From positions 67,930,788 to 67,994,787 of the forward strand of contig CM120640.1 of the NCBI GenBank assembly GCA_051362555.1: a stretch of DNA of 64,000 nt. The letters are read 5' to 3'. The notes below the pieces were generated by a model that saw only the letters and a program-made list of their open reading frames with translations, was not told the DNA's origin and made no database searches. Shown piece after piece: positions 52,801-64,000 of the stretch. The stretch's first letter is position 1. Every line of letters starts with the position of its first letter. The position numbers were made by a program, and so were the translations under genes. Source of the DNA: Lingula anatina. Taxonomy: Eukaryota; Animalia; Brachiopoda.

Positions 52801-55800
52801 ATATAATTTAATTACATATAACTTGAACTAAAATAGGGATTTCCTGAAATTAAATTTGGCCATGAAATCACCTCTATGATACTATTTGTGGAGTGTTCCT
52901 CCCCCCCCCCCCCCCCCCCAATACATTGCTGCACATGTGCAACCATTAGTGAATATAAATATGTATAGGCTAAGCCCAACTTCAATGAGAATGTATTTTA
53001 GGGAATATTTACTGTATCTTGTGAGCCAGAAAAAGTAGGATAGCTTTTAACAGAACAAGCTGCAATGTGATTAATTTAATTAGGACTGTTAGGAATAATC
53101 CTTGTAACTTTCCCTTATGAATAAAATCAGTAAAGGTATACATAAATAGTATCAATAAAGAAATACGTTGACAAACAGTATCAATTAAGGAATAATGATA
53201 ATGAATAGGGTGACTGGTAAATGTAGTTCAGTTTAAAGAGAAGAGTCACTTTTATTCAAGGCATCTGATATTAATCTGGGCAGCAGAATGCTAGTGGGCT
53301 CCCTATTAATTATTAGATCTTTAAGCTTGATTAATTTGTCTTAGTTGCAACAAATATTAAACAGTGGGTCTCATTTGCCTATAGTTTGTTACAGCTTAGT
53401 TCTTCATAAAAGGAACGTGCTGAGCCCCTAATACATTGAATCCTATACCTACCCTGTGCCCTTTGAATCATGAGGATATTTGTAATTATAGTTGGCAATA
53501 TCACTTGGTGTCAATCATGTGATAAACTCAGATGCGACTGTCTTATCTTATTTCATTATTATTTATTTATTTATTTATTTATTTTATAGTTAAATCATAG
53601 TGATTGTATATACAATTGCACTTGCAACAATCAAGGATTTGTGGTCTGCTCTGTATTTGATAAATCATTTGTGTATGCAGGTATCCAGATGTTTTTATTT
53701 GAAATATGTGTTCTATGTTGTCTTTTTATTTATACAGGGCAACTGTTTTTATAACTGAATTTTGAGCACATTACTATTTTTACATATCTTTGTAACACCC
53801 ACTTGGATATTTATCTAACGTTAAAGTTGTTTCTGTAGTAGTCAGTATCTGCACATTATAATGCACTAATATATATGGTATGAAAAGTAAAATGTTATTT
53901 TGCTTCTTTTACAGAACCATCAACCAGTTGTACTCTTCCCAAAATACAAGGTCCATCTCCCAAGAAATTGAGATCAGTCTCAGGGTTTGGTATATCAAAG
54001 TCACCAGTGCTGCCAGCTATCTGCATTATTTGTAAAAAAAAAAAGTTGTGGTCACTTAGTCTTAATGGGGAGACACTCATTTTGATGTAATTTTCACATT
54101 CATAATATTTTTTTATTGTTTTGTATGTCCTTAATTTGTTTGAGATTAAGCTATTTAATTCCTGCCATAAGTGTTTTTTTATTTTTATGTTCAATATTTC
54201 TAAAAGGTTTTCTATTTGATATAATTTCTTTGGTGGGTTGTTATCTTCGGATAGATTCTGTCCATGTGTTTCCCTTTGTATCTTGCTCAAGACTGTGCAC
54301 CTGATTTACAGTTCTATTATCTACTAGTAGTTGTTCCAGTCTAAGACTAATCTTTAGACAGGTTTAGTTATAGTTGAAATAATAGGGTAACTGCCAAGCT
54401 CAGCTCTAAAAATGGTATTGCTAGCCTGCTTTCTTAGACCTAAAATCCATTTGCAAAACTTTAAGTGTACCTGTTCGAATGGCATTTTATTTATCTTTTT
54501 CAGATATGCACAAGAAATGTAGAAAGTTATAATTTCACAGGTGAAATAATTAAGTTGGAAAAAAATATTATATATATCATAAAAGCCTTGTTAAATGTGA
54601 GCTGTTATTTCTTTTAATATGCTGTTGTTACTAGACAATGCTGCAATTAATTGCAATAATCAAACTTCTTTAAAAATTGTACCTCTGCAATTTAAAGATA
54701 AACTTGCACATAAACACTCAATTATTCTACCTAGTGAAGCACTTAGATGTTTTTGAAATAATTTCTTGAGCACTTAATTGCCAGCTTCATAAACAGACAG
54801 TCCGCATCATACGTACCTAGATTGTATAACTCTACACATGGATTTATACTATTTATCAGTGAAAAAATATTGAGTCAAATAATTTTCAGTGATTATATGC
54901 GCTTTAATTCAATGTAACATTACTGAACATACATGTAAGTGATTATATGATCACTATATAGGGTAATAGTGTGACCTGTGTGCGATTGTACTGTAGTAGA
55001 AGTGGTACAGTGTAGTCTACGGGCTATACTACATATACCTTCTTGCCGTGAATTCACGTCAACATTTAGTCAATTATATAAATACACGTATTCTCCAACT
55101 ATTTAAATCTTTCTCTCAATATTGACATCGATTTTAAAATCCTAGGACATATTTTTTTATTTAAACAACGCATGGGAATCATCTATTAAATGTGCAAGCT
55201 TCGCATGGAAATTCATTGTTTACATCGATCAGATGTAGGTCAAGTTATCACGTGACCCCTTGCCGTTGCTTTGATTGGTTTAAAGGGTAGAACGGCAGCA
55301 CTTGGAACTACTCGGATGTCTCCGCACTCGACAGTCGAGGATTGCCGATTGGAACGGCAGGGCTATTCATTTTGATGTTTTGGCATAAATACCATCGCAA
55401 TTATCTATATGTTGGCGCATCCTACGGTTGCCGAATTTATTGTGGATATTTTTTAACTGTTTATCTTCATGGCACCGTGAAAATTGTCTGGCCACTGGAG
55501 CTTTTCACACAATGAAACGATAGACCAGTGTAGGTAAGGGACTACTTGTGCAGTCACCAATTTGGGTTTGTTTTCGGGTCATTAGATTAACATAGAGCCC
55601 TAATTGCCCTAATTGGTCACAAGCAATTTGAGCTGCAGCTACAGCTGAGTGATTACTGCTGGTCTGAGTCAGTGGTCACAGGTCTTTAGCTGAAAAGTGT
55701 GGACACTTTTGGTGAAATTTTGCAGTTAAAATACTTCAATATCTTTGTTGCTTGTAGGAATATTTTAAAAATTCCAAAAGAATTCATCTGTTTTTTGCAT

Positions 55801-58800
55801 TACTGTACCTTTCAGAAGATATAAGTATTTTAATTTTCTGATCAGTTTGAAAAATTTTCTGATATACTTACTACAGTAGAACCTGTACAACCGTAGTGCT
55901 GGGGAAAGCTGTTACCGACCTTCTCACAGGTCGCAGATGACATTCCATTCAAAAATCTTTTTTAGCGCTGTATAAATAAACCAATAAAATCCATTCACTA
56001 ACTAAGCTGGCAGTCAAAGGCTAAATTCCGGTTACCTTACCTTCCCATGTTGCTATCTTTGAGAACATTGATTTGCCGATGTTTTAAAGTTTTGCATCGA
56101 CGAAATGTTTAAAAGTTCTACTGTCATGCCTATAATTCCCGCGACAACTAATTGATCATTTTCTGACATCTGTATGCGTACATGGTGACGAGATAATTAT
56201 AGGGCAAAACACAATAGCAATGAAAATGAGAAGACGTCAAGCCCGCCCTATGTTCGCTAATATGCAAATCAACCCCGCTTGTCCATCGGTGGCGGCTTGT
56301 CACCCTGTTTATGCTCGACGGGGAGTTAATTGCCGCTTGCTGTAAGCCGACGTAATTACATAGTTGCTTATCTGCCGGTACTGTTCCTTTTTCTAGGCTG
56401 ACACAGGGCCTATCTCCTGCCTTGCTAACGGGTTTTTCTTCACTTTGCAAAGTTTTGTTTGAAAGATTTAATATTTATTTTACTTGTGAGTTTCCCACAT
56501 AACGGCCAACGTTAATTTGAAAATGACGTAATGCAGTATCGGCCACAAACCACGGAGCGTGCCGTCTGAGGTAATGAGCAAAAATAAAATAAACTACTTC
56601 AGACGTTGTGAAGATTATCTGTATATTCGCTTCTTTAACGTCCTTTACCGTGACATTATATGCTGATCTCATTTGAAAGTTTTTCGCGTATTATTCGGTC
56701 AACTTATTCTGTCAAGCCATACGGGCCTGTCACTGCACGTGCGCCATCTTGAATTTTATATGTAGAGGGAGGCAGGTCGACAGCCATGCGAAAAAGGACT
56801 CTGTGCACGCGGAGAAGTGAAAGTGATACCTTTTTGAAAAACGATATCATTAAAAAATACATTCATAAAAATTTAAACTTTGCTTGTCGGAGGCTGATAC
56901 CCCACAAAGCGCTCAAGCTGCTGTGCACTGAGTTATTTATAAGTGGAATCTATTTATGTCCTGGAGTGGTTCATCGTAGAAATATAGGCTAATTTTGTAA
57001 TTGCAGTAATAACAACATTCTAATTCATTGCTTCTTTGTACAAGCAAGATGCTCTTTTCAAATGAATTATGAAATGAATAAATAATGTAATTAAGTTGAG
57101 AGAAAGCAGCTCGTTATCTATAAATGGGTCTTTGTTAATTTTTTTTTTCAGGTCGATCCTTAGATTGTGCCTATTGGCTGGTATTGTAGTTCTGTCTTTT
57201 TAAATTGATCAACAACTACTTTTTAAATTTTCTTTAATAAAATACAAATAACAAGTTTGACATTGAAAATCTAACATGCATGAAAAGCCAATTATAGTTC
57301 CAGTGTTATACTATTAAAATTCTATTTCAGCATGCGAAATATATATTTCAAAAAGTTTGCATCGATCATGTTTTGTTTGCTTAACCTTTTTGTTTTAGAC
57401 TTTGAACACATGGATGGAATTTGTAAATATTCTACACAATATAATTCACTTTCATTAGTTTTGAATTTAAATATATGGACAGTATGAATTAGATAAAATA
57501 ATACTTATTAAAAAAACGTAAATTTATTGAGAATAAAAATTTAAAATGCCCTTCCGTAAGCGTATTTTTGAGAGATGATTCTGTACAGTATTTACGAGTG
57601 TAAATAATATGCGTTTGACAGCATTTTCTTTCAAATGTGATTCTTTAGAAATGTGCGCATTAACTTTTCTTGTCTTACAGACAGACACAGAGAGGACTTC
57701 GGGTCCGAAACCAGAAGGCCACATGGAAAATACATCTAAGGTCTACAAAAGGCTGCCTCCTTTGTAGGGACTTATCTAGCGCACGAAAATCTTTATTAAT
57801 CATGCGATTTGATAAATTATCACAGATGATGATTTAGTCTAATTGGTGTGCTACGCGGATAAGAAGGGCGCGTAGAAAGTTGCCTAGGTCTGTAAATATA
57901 TGCGTTTTGGTGTCGGGGGGGGTCTCCTTTTCTTGTCACAGTATGTAAATATTTAAACTGGAAATTATTCGATCACCAATCGTCAAGCTGTCTATGCAGA
58001 AAGATATTTTTTAAACTAGCGGAGAGCACCTGCATTGGAGAAGACGACCTGGCAGAGAAAGACGGAAGATAAAGATCACTCTCACATACTTTTTTTCCCG
58101 TAAATATTTTGATATTAAAGACTCCCGTCCCTCTTCCCTTGTTCGTGTCCTTCTTTTCTACTTTTACTGCATTTTATCATTTGTTTTCCCCGAAGTAAGA
58201 ATGAATCGTTTGAGCAAGCGGGCTTGGTAGAAAAAGAGGGGAGATAAGGACATCAATCTTATTTCCCGTAAATGTTTTTAATATTAAGGATTCCCATCAC
58301 TTTTTCTTGATAGTTTCCTCTTTCCTCTATTTCTTTTCGCTGCACTTTTATCTGTTGACTTCTCTTAAATAAAATGAATCAAATCTAAATAAAACAAATA
58401 ACGGAGAGCAGATTCTTTGGTGAAATTATTTATCTGTCAAAAACCTTGTAAAACGTTAAAACATTCTTTATGAATAACGACCCATGCAGGAGTGTAAAAT
58501 ATTCATTTTGTAGAAGGTTGCACAGGATTAAATTCTCGATGCAATTAACGATTATTTCCTAGTCTTTCATTAGCCTACCAGCACCTTATTGAGAAAATTT
58601 TGATTCACCCCAAGAAGTTATAACTTCTTGTTCACCCTGACACTGCCAACGAAAAAGTACTTTAGTTTACTGGTGTCTCTTGAATATTTAGGCACTGTTG
58701 ATGGCCCCAAAGATTGAAATTTGACGAAACCGATGCTTTATCGCTATTGTTTAATGATTAACAATTGCTGCCTGAGAACGCTCTTGGGATGTATCTTAGA

Positions 58801-61800
58801 CCTAGTCAAAGAATGGAATAGTTTTTAATATCAAGGTTACTTACAACCCAGTCATTAGGTAACACTGGACAACGAAACAAAGGGGCGACTACCAGTTGTA
58901 ACTGCCATTGAATTACATGTAAAAGGTGCAAAATCGGCCACCCCTTAATGCGATCATTAACCAGCAAACAAAGCGTTGTATTGTAATTTCCACCGCCGAC
59001 AAGCGGGTTATCAAAAAAAGTATGACAGTCTTTTTACTTCCACCATCGATCCCTAGGACGTACATGCACACATGAAAACAACATTGATAACTATTCTTGT
59101 TATAATGCACGAATTAAATTGAAAAAAATTTAAACTATGTTAATTTGGACTTACTTCATACATGATGTTATTGTGTTCACGACAAAGGCTAATCAAATGC
59201 CATTTACCCTTAATGATTTGTTTGGGCGAACTCTCCTCCACAGCATTTGCACACGTATCAGTTAAAGATCTTCTTTTAATTAATCTATTTCATAATTCAA
59301 GGAGTTGCAGTAAGCGAATGCAGTTATGTGACCGATCTTGCACAAACACTTAAGCCCTTGCCGTTAGGCAAATTGACACACTAAGTCATTTTTGATAATT
59401 TTTTCTAATGCCCAACAAGAATTTTTGTATGGAATTAATTTTCCACCGCTCAGCTGGCATTCAGTAATATATCGCGAGGACATTGCACGATGAGAGGCTG
59501 TGGTTTAAGCTAGATGCAACACTCGCCACCGAGCTGTACCCGAAAATTACTCAACCTGTGGCTCGACAATACGCTCGTTATATTTCAAGTTCGGCTCGGC
59601 GACTTGTATTGTATCTATCACTTACTACAATGTCCAGTTAGCTTACCCAGCTGTGGTTTTAATTATCGCTATTTAGGTTCCTTTCGAAACCAGCTTCGTC
59701 TCCACGAAAACAACATACATGTACAGTGTTTTGGATGTTACTCACACGAAGACCTGGCACGGCTTTGTCGTTGGTATTTTCTTTTTATTGTTTAGTGCTA
59801 TCTATACCCCTATCACTTAACCTGAGAAGTTTCCAAACGTAAGGACAAAGAGAAAAGTTTGATGTATCGAGGCAAAAGGGAGATCGGTAGATACGTCCAA
59901 AATTAGGGAGACTTCTGCCAAGATCGGAAGAGTTAATTGGTATGGGCCACAGACTGATCGCTCGAGAAATTCACCAAATCTACAAAAAAAAAAATCCTTC
60001 AAATGTATTAAATAGCAGAGGCCCATCCCCCTGATTGTAAGAAGCAAACAAAACAACGAGACGGCAGGTCGACATTCAGCCTAGAGCAAGGTGCAATACT
60101 GCCAAGTTGAAAGCTGTTAATTAAGTCGGATTATAGCGCGCATCAATTTACTTCCCGTCGCGCTTGGCGAGGACGAACTCCCGTCTCCAAGGGTCGCCCG
60201 TACAATAATTTACATGTGCTCCTCCCCCTGTGCGCTTAGGCCCTGTATGAGTCCACGTCGCTATTGTTTGCTACCCGCACAGGCTTTTGTAGTTTATCAA
60301 AACAACCCATTGTCTCTCAGGGGGCGTCAGTACACAGTTAATACGTACATGGAGTATACGCATACGGATTGTCGCGCGAATTATGAGCACAACCAGTAGG
60401 TAAGGACTGCATGCATTTTTTTTGTAAATTATACCCTTTAAGCTTCATGAAATTTGCAATCTTATGGAAGAAAAACCTGTGAAAATTTGAACGATGCCAA
60501 GTATAGTTAATCTGCACGGAAGCCATCCCAGCCATGTGCTTGTGCGGTCGCCATTTTGGTTTTGTTTCTGGGTCATTAGATTTACATAGAGTCCTAATTG
60601 TCTTAATTGGTCACAAGCAATTTGAGCCAAAGGCCCATTAACAGGCTGCTCTGCTGCAGTTGAGTGATCACTGCTGGTCAGTGGTCACAGGTTTTTAGCT
60701 GAAAACTGTGGACACTTTTGGTGAAATTTAGCAGTTGAAAAACTTCAATATCTTTGTTGCTTGTAGGAATATTTTAAAAATTCCAAAAGAATTCATCTGT
60801 TTTTTTGCATTACCTTTCAGAAGATATTAGTATTATAATTTTCTGATCAGTCTGATATACCTACTATAGATGAGAGCTTATTCAGTAAGCTCATTACTGC
60901 ATGCTTTTAAAAAATCTCATTAAAACATTCGAATATGTATTGCAGAGGAAGATACATATGGAAGTTATGGCAAGCTTTTATTGAAGTACTTTATTGCTGA
61001 AGGCATTGTCTGTGGACATAGCAGCTTTTTGGCAACTGCAGATACCAAGCCAGATCAGATAGTGAAGGTATGTCTTTGTGTTACATGTGGAAATAGTAGA
61101 TTTTTTATTCTCAAACATTAAATGACAAAGAAAAATTCACTAATAGCAGAAACCACAAAAAAGATACTATGGCTTTGAGTAAGCCATATTTGTTGTGTTT
61201 TCATTTATTGTTATCATACAGATTCATTAGACAGTCTCCAATAAAATGTCACATATGTAATGCTTATGGTGGTCATATAGAAATTTTCTTAATATTTAAA
61301 TACATTCTGATGTTTTTTTTATACTTTCCCCCTATAGTTAAGGGGTATGCTGGAATCCTGTTGTTAACTTGTTAGTCAGTAATTTCTCTTAGCTGTTTTT
61401 TTTTTAATTTTGCTAAATTCTTTTAAGACCTTTAGGCTTACATACATTCAAGGCCTCTGTTATTGTTACTTCCATCTGCATTATACCCATGTCACAAACT
61501 GGTGAGCACCATTATTTCAGAAACAGGCAAGCTGGAAACTGCTATTTTAAAACAGCAGCTTCTCCTGGGTCACTTGGACAGTATAGTCAGTGGTTCACCC
61601 TGACCAATACTTTGAGACCTTAGAAAAACTTCCTTACTTGATAAATGACATGAAAAATTGTTCTTATTCTCATTTTGTATTTCTCCCTAGAAAAAGAATA
61701 AAACAATTTCAGTTGAAGTGGGGTGTATCGAACACATTTAATGCTTATATTGAATTTTAGAGATGCAAAATGTCTTTTGATGTCTTTTGTATAGGAGCTC

Positions 61801-63972
61801 CCATCTGCAATTGTTGATGATCCAGGTGCTGTACAAGATGCCCAGCCCTCATCAAGTGAGGCTGATGACAGCATGAAGATTGCTTGGAGATATCAAAATA
61901 TGTCAAAAGTACAGGTAATTCAAGTCCAGTTTTATCTTGAACTTGGGTTCCTTGAAACATATGCAGATGTGAAATAAAACCTGTGGATGTTTAACTCTAT
62001 AAGATAAAATGTTGTGATGTGTGTGAAGGAACACAACCTTTCTGGTAAAGCCACAAATTAAAGTTCAAAATATGTGTAAATATTTTCAGTATCCAAAAAG
62101 GCACCATGTCTAATGTGAGACTGAAGCTTTTTTCTCTGATTTCTGTTCTATCTGTATACGTGTCTTTGATCGCATTCACAAAGAGTTGAGCCATGGCTTT
62201 ACAAATCCTGGAACTAAATAAGGCGGACGTATGCCTTCCCATGTGTCGTCCCAATGGAGCCGAGATCTAATGACTGTCCCCCCGCAGGGACGACGTGTGG
62301 AGGCGTGTGAGAGGCAGAGAGACTATTAAAAGATTAGGCTGTTTTTCTTTCATGTACGACCGCCATATTTAGTCCCCAGGATTTGTAAAGCCTGGCTCAA
62401 CTCGTTGTGAATGCCATCTTTGTATTTCAGGCAGCTCCAGTTAGCACAAAGTTTGGACACTACTTTGATCTGACTAAAGTTATGAACCCTGAGGTATTAG
62501 CTAAGACAGACATGAGGCAATTCTATCTTCCTGATGAAGAAATACCTGACAGGTAAAGGTATAAAATGTGAGACATTCTCTGTGCTCAAAAACCATTTAT
62601 GATTGTTGAAATTTCATGACTTTTTTAAGTGGATAGAACATTTTCCTGATTATTGAATGGTGATGCAAAATTGGATGCTTCTAAATGTATATATTTCTAC
62701 TTGCCTGTCAAAAATGATAATTTAGTAACATGCACATAATTTGTTTTAGGCATTCAAATAGTATAATGAATCCTGCATACCAGAAGCTACTTCAGGATAT
62801 AAAATCTCACATTATAAATAAGAACTTCAGTACGTCTTCAAGTAAACAACCACAGCAGCAACGTAATATACTTAGGATAGGTGAGATCATGAGATCAAGT
62901 CCTTAGTGTTTTGTTTAGTACATGTGATATGGTAAAAAGAATTTAACAGAAAAGGAGTTTTAATTGTCATTATTATTTTCCATTTCAAACATTTATAAAA
63001 TTTGAAACATGCTAAAATTTGATTTGGAACATTTTTATTGATTGCTTTTTGAAAGTTATTTGTCATTCTTACCATCCTATGCATGTTTTTTTCGTACAGC
63101 ATAAGTTTTTTCCATAATTGAATAATTTCATATGCTGACTTGCACCCCATTTCCATAGATTAGATCAACCTAACTCCCTGGGGGTTCACGCTAAATAGCT
63201 GTCAGCCGGGCGGACACGAAAGTTAATTACCCTCTTACAGCTTGTAGTAGGCGGGACGGACATTTAAGTCGGATTATCTGAAAGTAATCAAGTGAGACTA
63301 CCCGCGGGGAGAGATCGATCTAAAATCTATGGGAATAGAGCCTTAGATTTCAAAATCGCTATCGGCATTGATATTCATAACCATGTTTACCATGTGTTTA
63401 CCATAACCATGTGATAAGTTCTATAGAGTGACATTGTTTTCAGCCATCCATTCTCTTGGCTCACCACTATGGGGAGAAGGTGAGGTCAATCTAGACAGTT
63501 ACGATCCATCTCTGCCCAGGTTTCTCTATGGTCTCAGAGCACTACTCAGATCTGCCTTTGCTTCCTGTCTGATAACTGTGCCAACACATATATTTAATGT
63601 AGGTTAAAGTTATATGTATTTTGAACTTTAATCTGAATGCCTTACTTTAACACAGTGATGTACATCACATTTAACATATTTTAGATCGTTCATTGTGCTG
63701 TCACTAATAATGAAAATATTTTATTTCTTCAAACATTTATAAAATGTTCCCACTATTTTTATAGGGGTTAAACTGTCATATAAATGAAATCTGGCTGATT
63801 TTCAGAAGCTGTGTATGCTTTGATGTACAAAAATCAATATAAAATGTGATGTTTTATTTCCAGGATACTGCATTTACTAGAAGGATAGAAAACATGTGTG
63901 ATACAGTAGTACAGCTTGAATCATTTGTTGGCTCTGAGAGAGAAACAAATCCAGTCTATAAGGATTACCATG
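49892..63972 (+). CDS. ELP4: Elongator complex protein 4, first 8 coding exons (3' end outside the window)
   Basis: Exons 49892-50024, 50498-50533, 60946-61067, 61795-61914, 62431-62552, 62750-62880, 63444-63598, 63864-63972. GT-AG and in phase. Motifs: [114 protein letters not shown]. Confidence 0.95.
51920..52102. mobile_element. MITE copy 2 (same family as 34225-34447), inside the Academ-like element
   Basis: Shares GGGTTCACGC..CTGTCAG..GGCGGACACGAAAGTTAA..GTGAGACT with 63143-63342. Confidence 0.75.
54045..54620 (-). mobile_element. Decayed LINE ORF2 3' fragment (RTE-X-like) interrupting the Academ-like transposase
   Basis: Minus-strand peptides [32 protein letters not shown] and [26 protein letters not shown] are typical of the post-RT region of non-LTR elements. 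Confidence 0.7.
56121..60396. mobile_element. 4.3 kb TA-flanked TIR element inserted into copy Y; no recognisable transposase
   Basis: TA|CTGTCATGCCTATAATTCCCGCGACAA...TTGTCGCGCGAATTATGAGCACAACCAG|TA. Further subterminal inverted similarity at 56316-56400 vs 60077-60160. Removing it restores collinearity with copy X at ~50885. Confidence 0.75.
62169..62417. mobile_element. ~250 bp MITE with ~58 bp TIRs in ELP4 intron 4
   Basis: GCATTCACAAAGAGTTGAGCCATGGCTTTACAAATCCTGGAACTAAATAAGGCGG vs CCGCCATATTTAGTCCCCAGGATTTGTAAAGCCTGGCTCAACTCGTTGTGAATGC. Flanked by the direct repeat CTTTG (62164-68, 62418-22). Confidence 0.85.
63143..63342. mobile_element. MITE copy 3 (same family as 34225-34447)
   Basis: TIRs CCCCATTTCCATAGATT / AATCTATGGGAATAGAGCC. 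Reverse-complement homology to 34225-34447. Confidence 0.8.
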
Positions 63973-64000
63973 GTAACAGCTTTGATATCAGTTTTCTTTT

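Larger units (their letters stand above)
51059..55544 (+). mobile_element. Academ-like DNA transposon with decayed, intron-containing transposase 5' remnant
   Basis: Termini TAGTCCC...GGGACTA and a 3-bp TSD CTT (51056-58, 55545-47). ~270-330 bp imperfect TIRs (51059-51330 vs 55215-55544). The empty site is visible in copy Y (ATGTGCTTGTGC, ~60534). Frameshifted peptide 51341-51701 ([28 protein letters not shown]) with a phase-1 donor, and exon 53915-54035 ([16 protein letters not shown]). The Academ label rests on TAG termini, the 3-bp TSD and recalled motifs. Confidence 0.7.
50613..55870. mobile_element. Second copy X of the same family, inserted into copy Y (~770 bp when emptied)
   Basis: TIR TAGGTATATCA (50613) / TGATATACTTA (55860-55870). 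TSD CTACAGT at 50606-50612 and 55871-55877. The body (50613-51058 + 55548-55870) is collinear with Y. Confidence 0.85.
50579..60863. mobile_element. Non-autonomous DNA transposon Y (outer shell of the nest; ~740 bp when emptied), 11-bp TIR, 7-bp TSD
   Basis: TIR TAGGTATATCA (50579) / TGATATACCTA (60853-60863). TSD CTATAGA at 50572-50578 and 60864-60870. Its own sequence is 50579-50612 + 55878-56120 + 60399-60863. Confidence 0.85.

Noticed and set aside
50571-60871. Reading the outer element as having a 9-bp TSD (ACTATAGAT) with AGG termini
   Set aside because: The inner copy of the same family fits only a 7-bp TSD with TAGG termini, so the 9-bp match is coincidental.

Overview
AT-rich, intron-rich genomic DNA from an animal, most likely an invertebrate bilaterian (mosaic CpG depletion). 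The ORF track is mostly noise, so genes were rebuilt by hand from splice sites. Left to right: (1) the first three coding exons of an FGF8/17/18-like gene on the - strand, running off the left edge, followed by a ~19 kb CpG-retaining region with no genes I can find; (2) a complete 13-exon NDR kinase, STK38/tricornered (+, 459 aa); (3) a complete 9-exon FBXO47 (-, 452 aa if a GC-AG intron is used), convergent with STK38; (4) ELP4 (+, 8 exons, running off the right edge), head-to-head with FBXO47. The most striking structure is ELP4 intron 2. It reconstructs to a ~120 bp intron inflated to 10.4 kb by nested transposons. A short-TIR family with 7-bp target duplications carries a copy of its apparent target (CTAYAGW) in its own 5' end and has inserted into itself; an Academ-like element, a TA-flanked element, a LINE fragment and a MITE sit inside. 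Two other transposons lie in the polypyrimidine tracts of conserved coding exons. All coordinates were counted by hand and no database searches were run.
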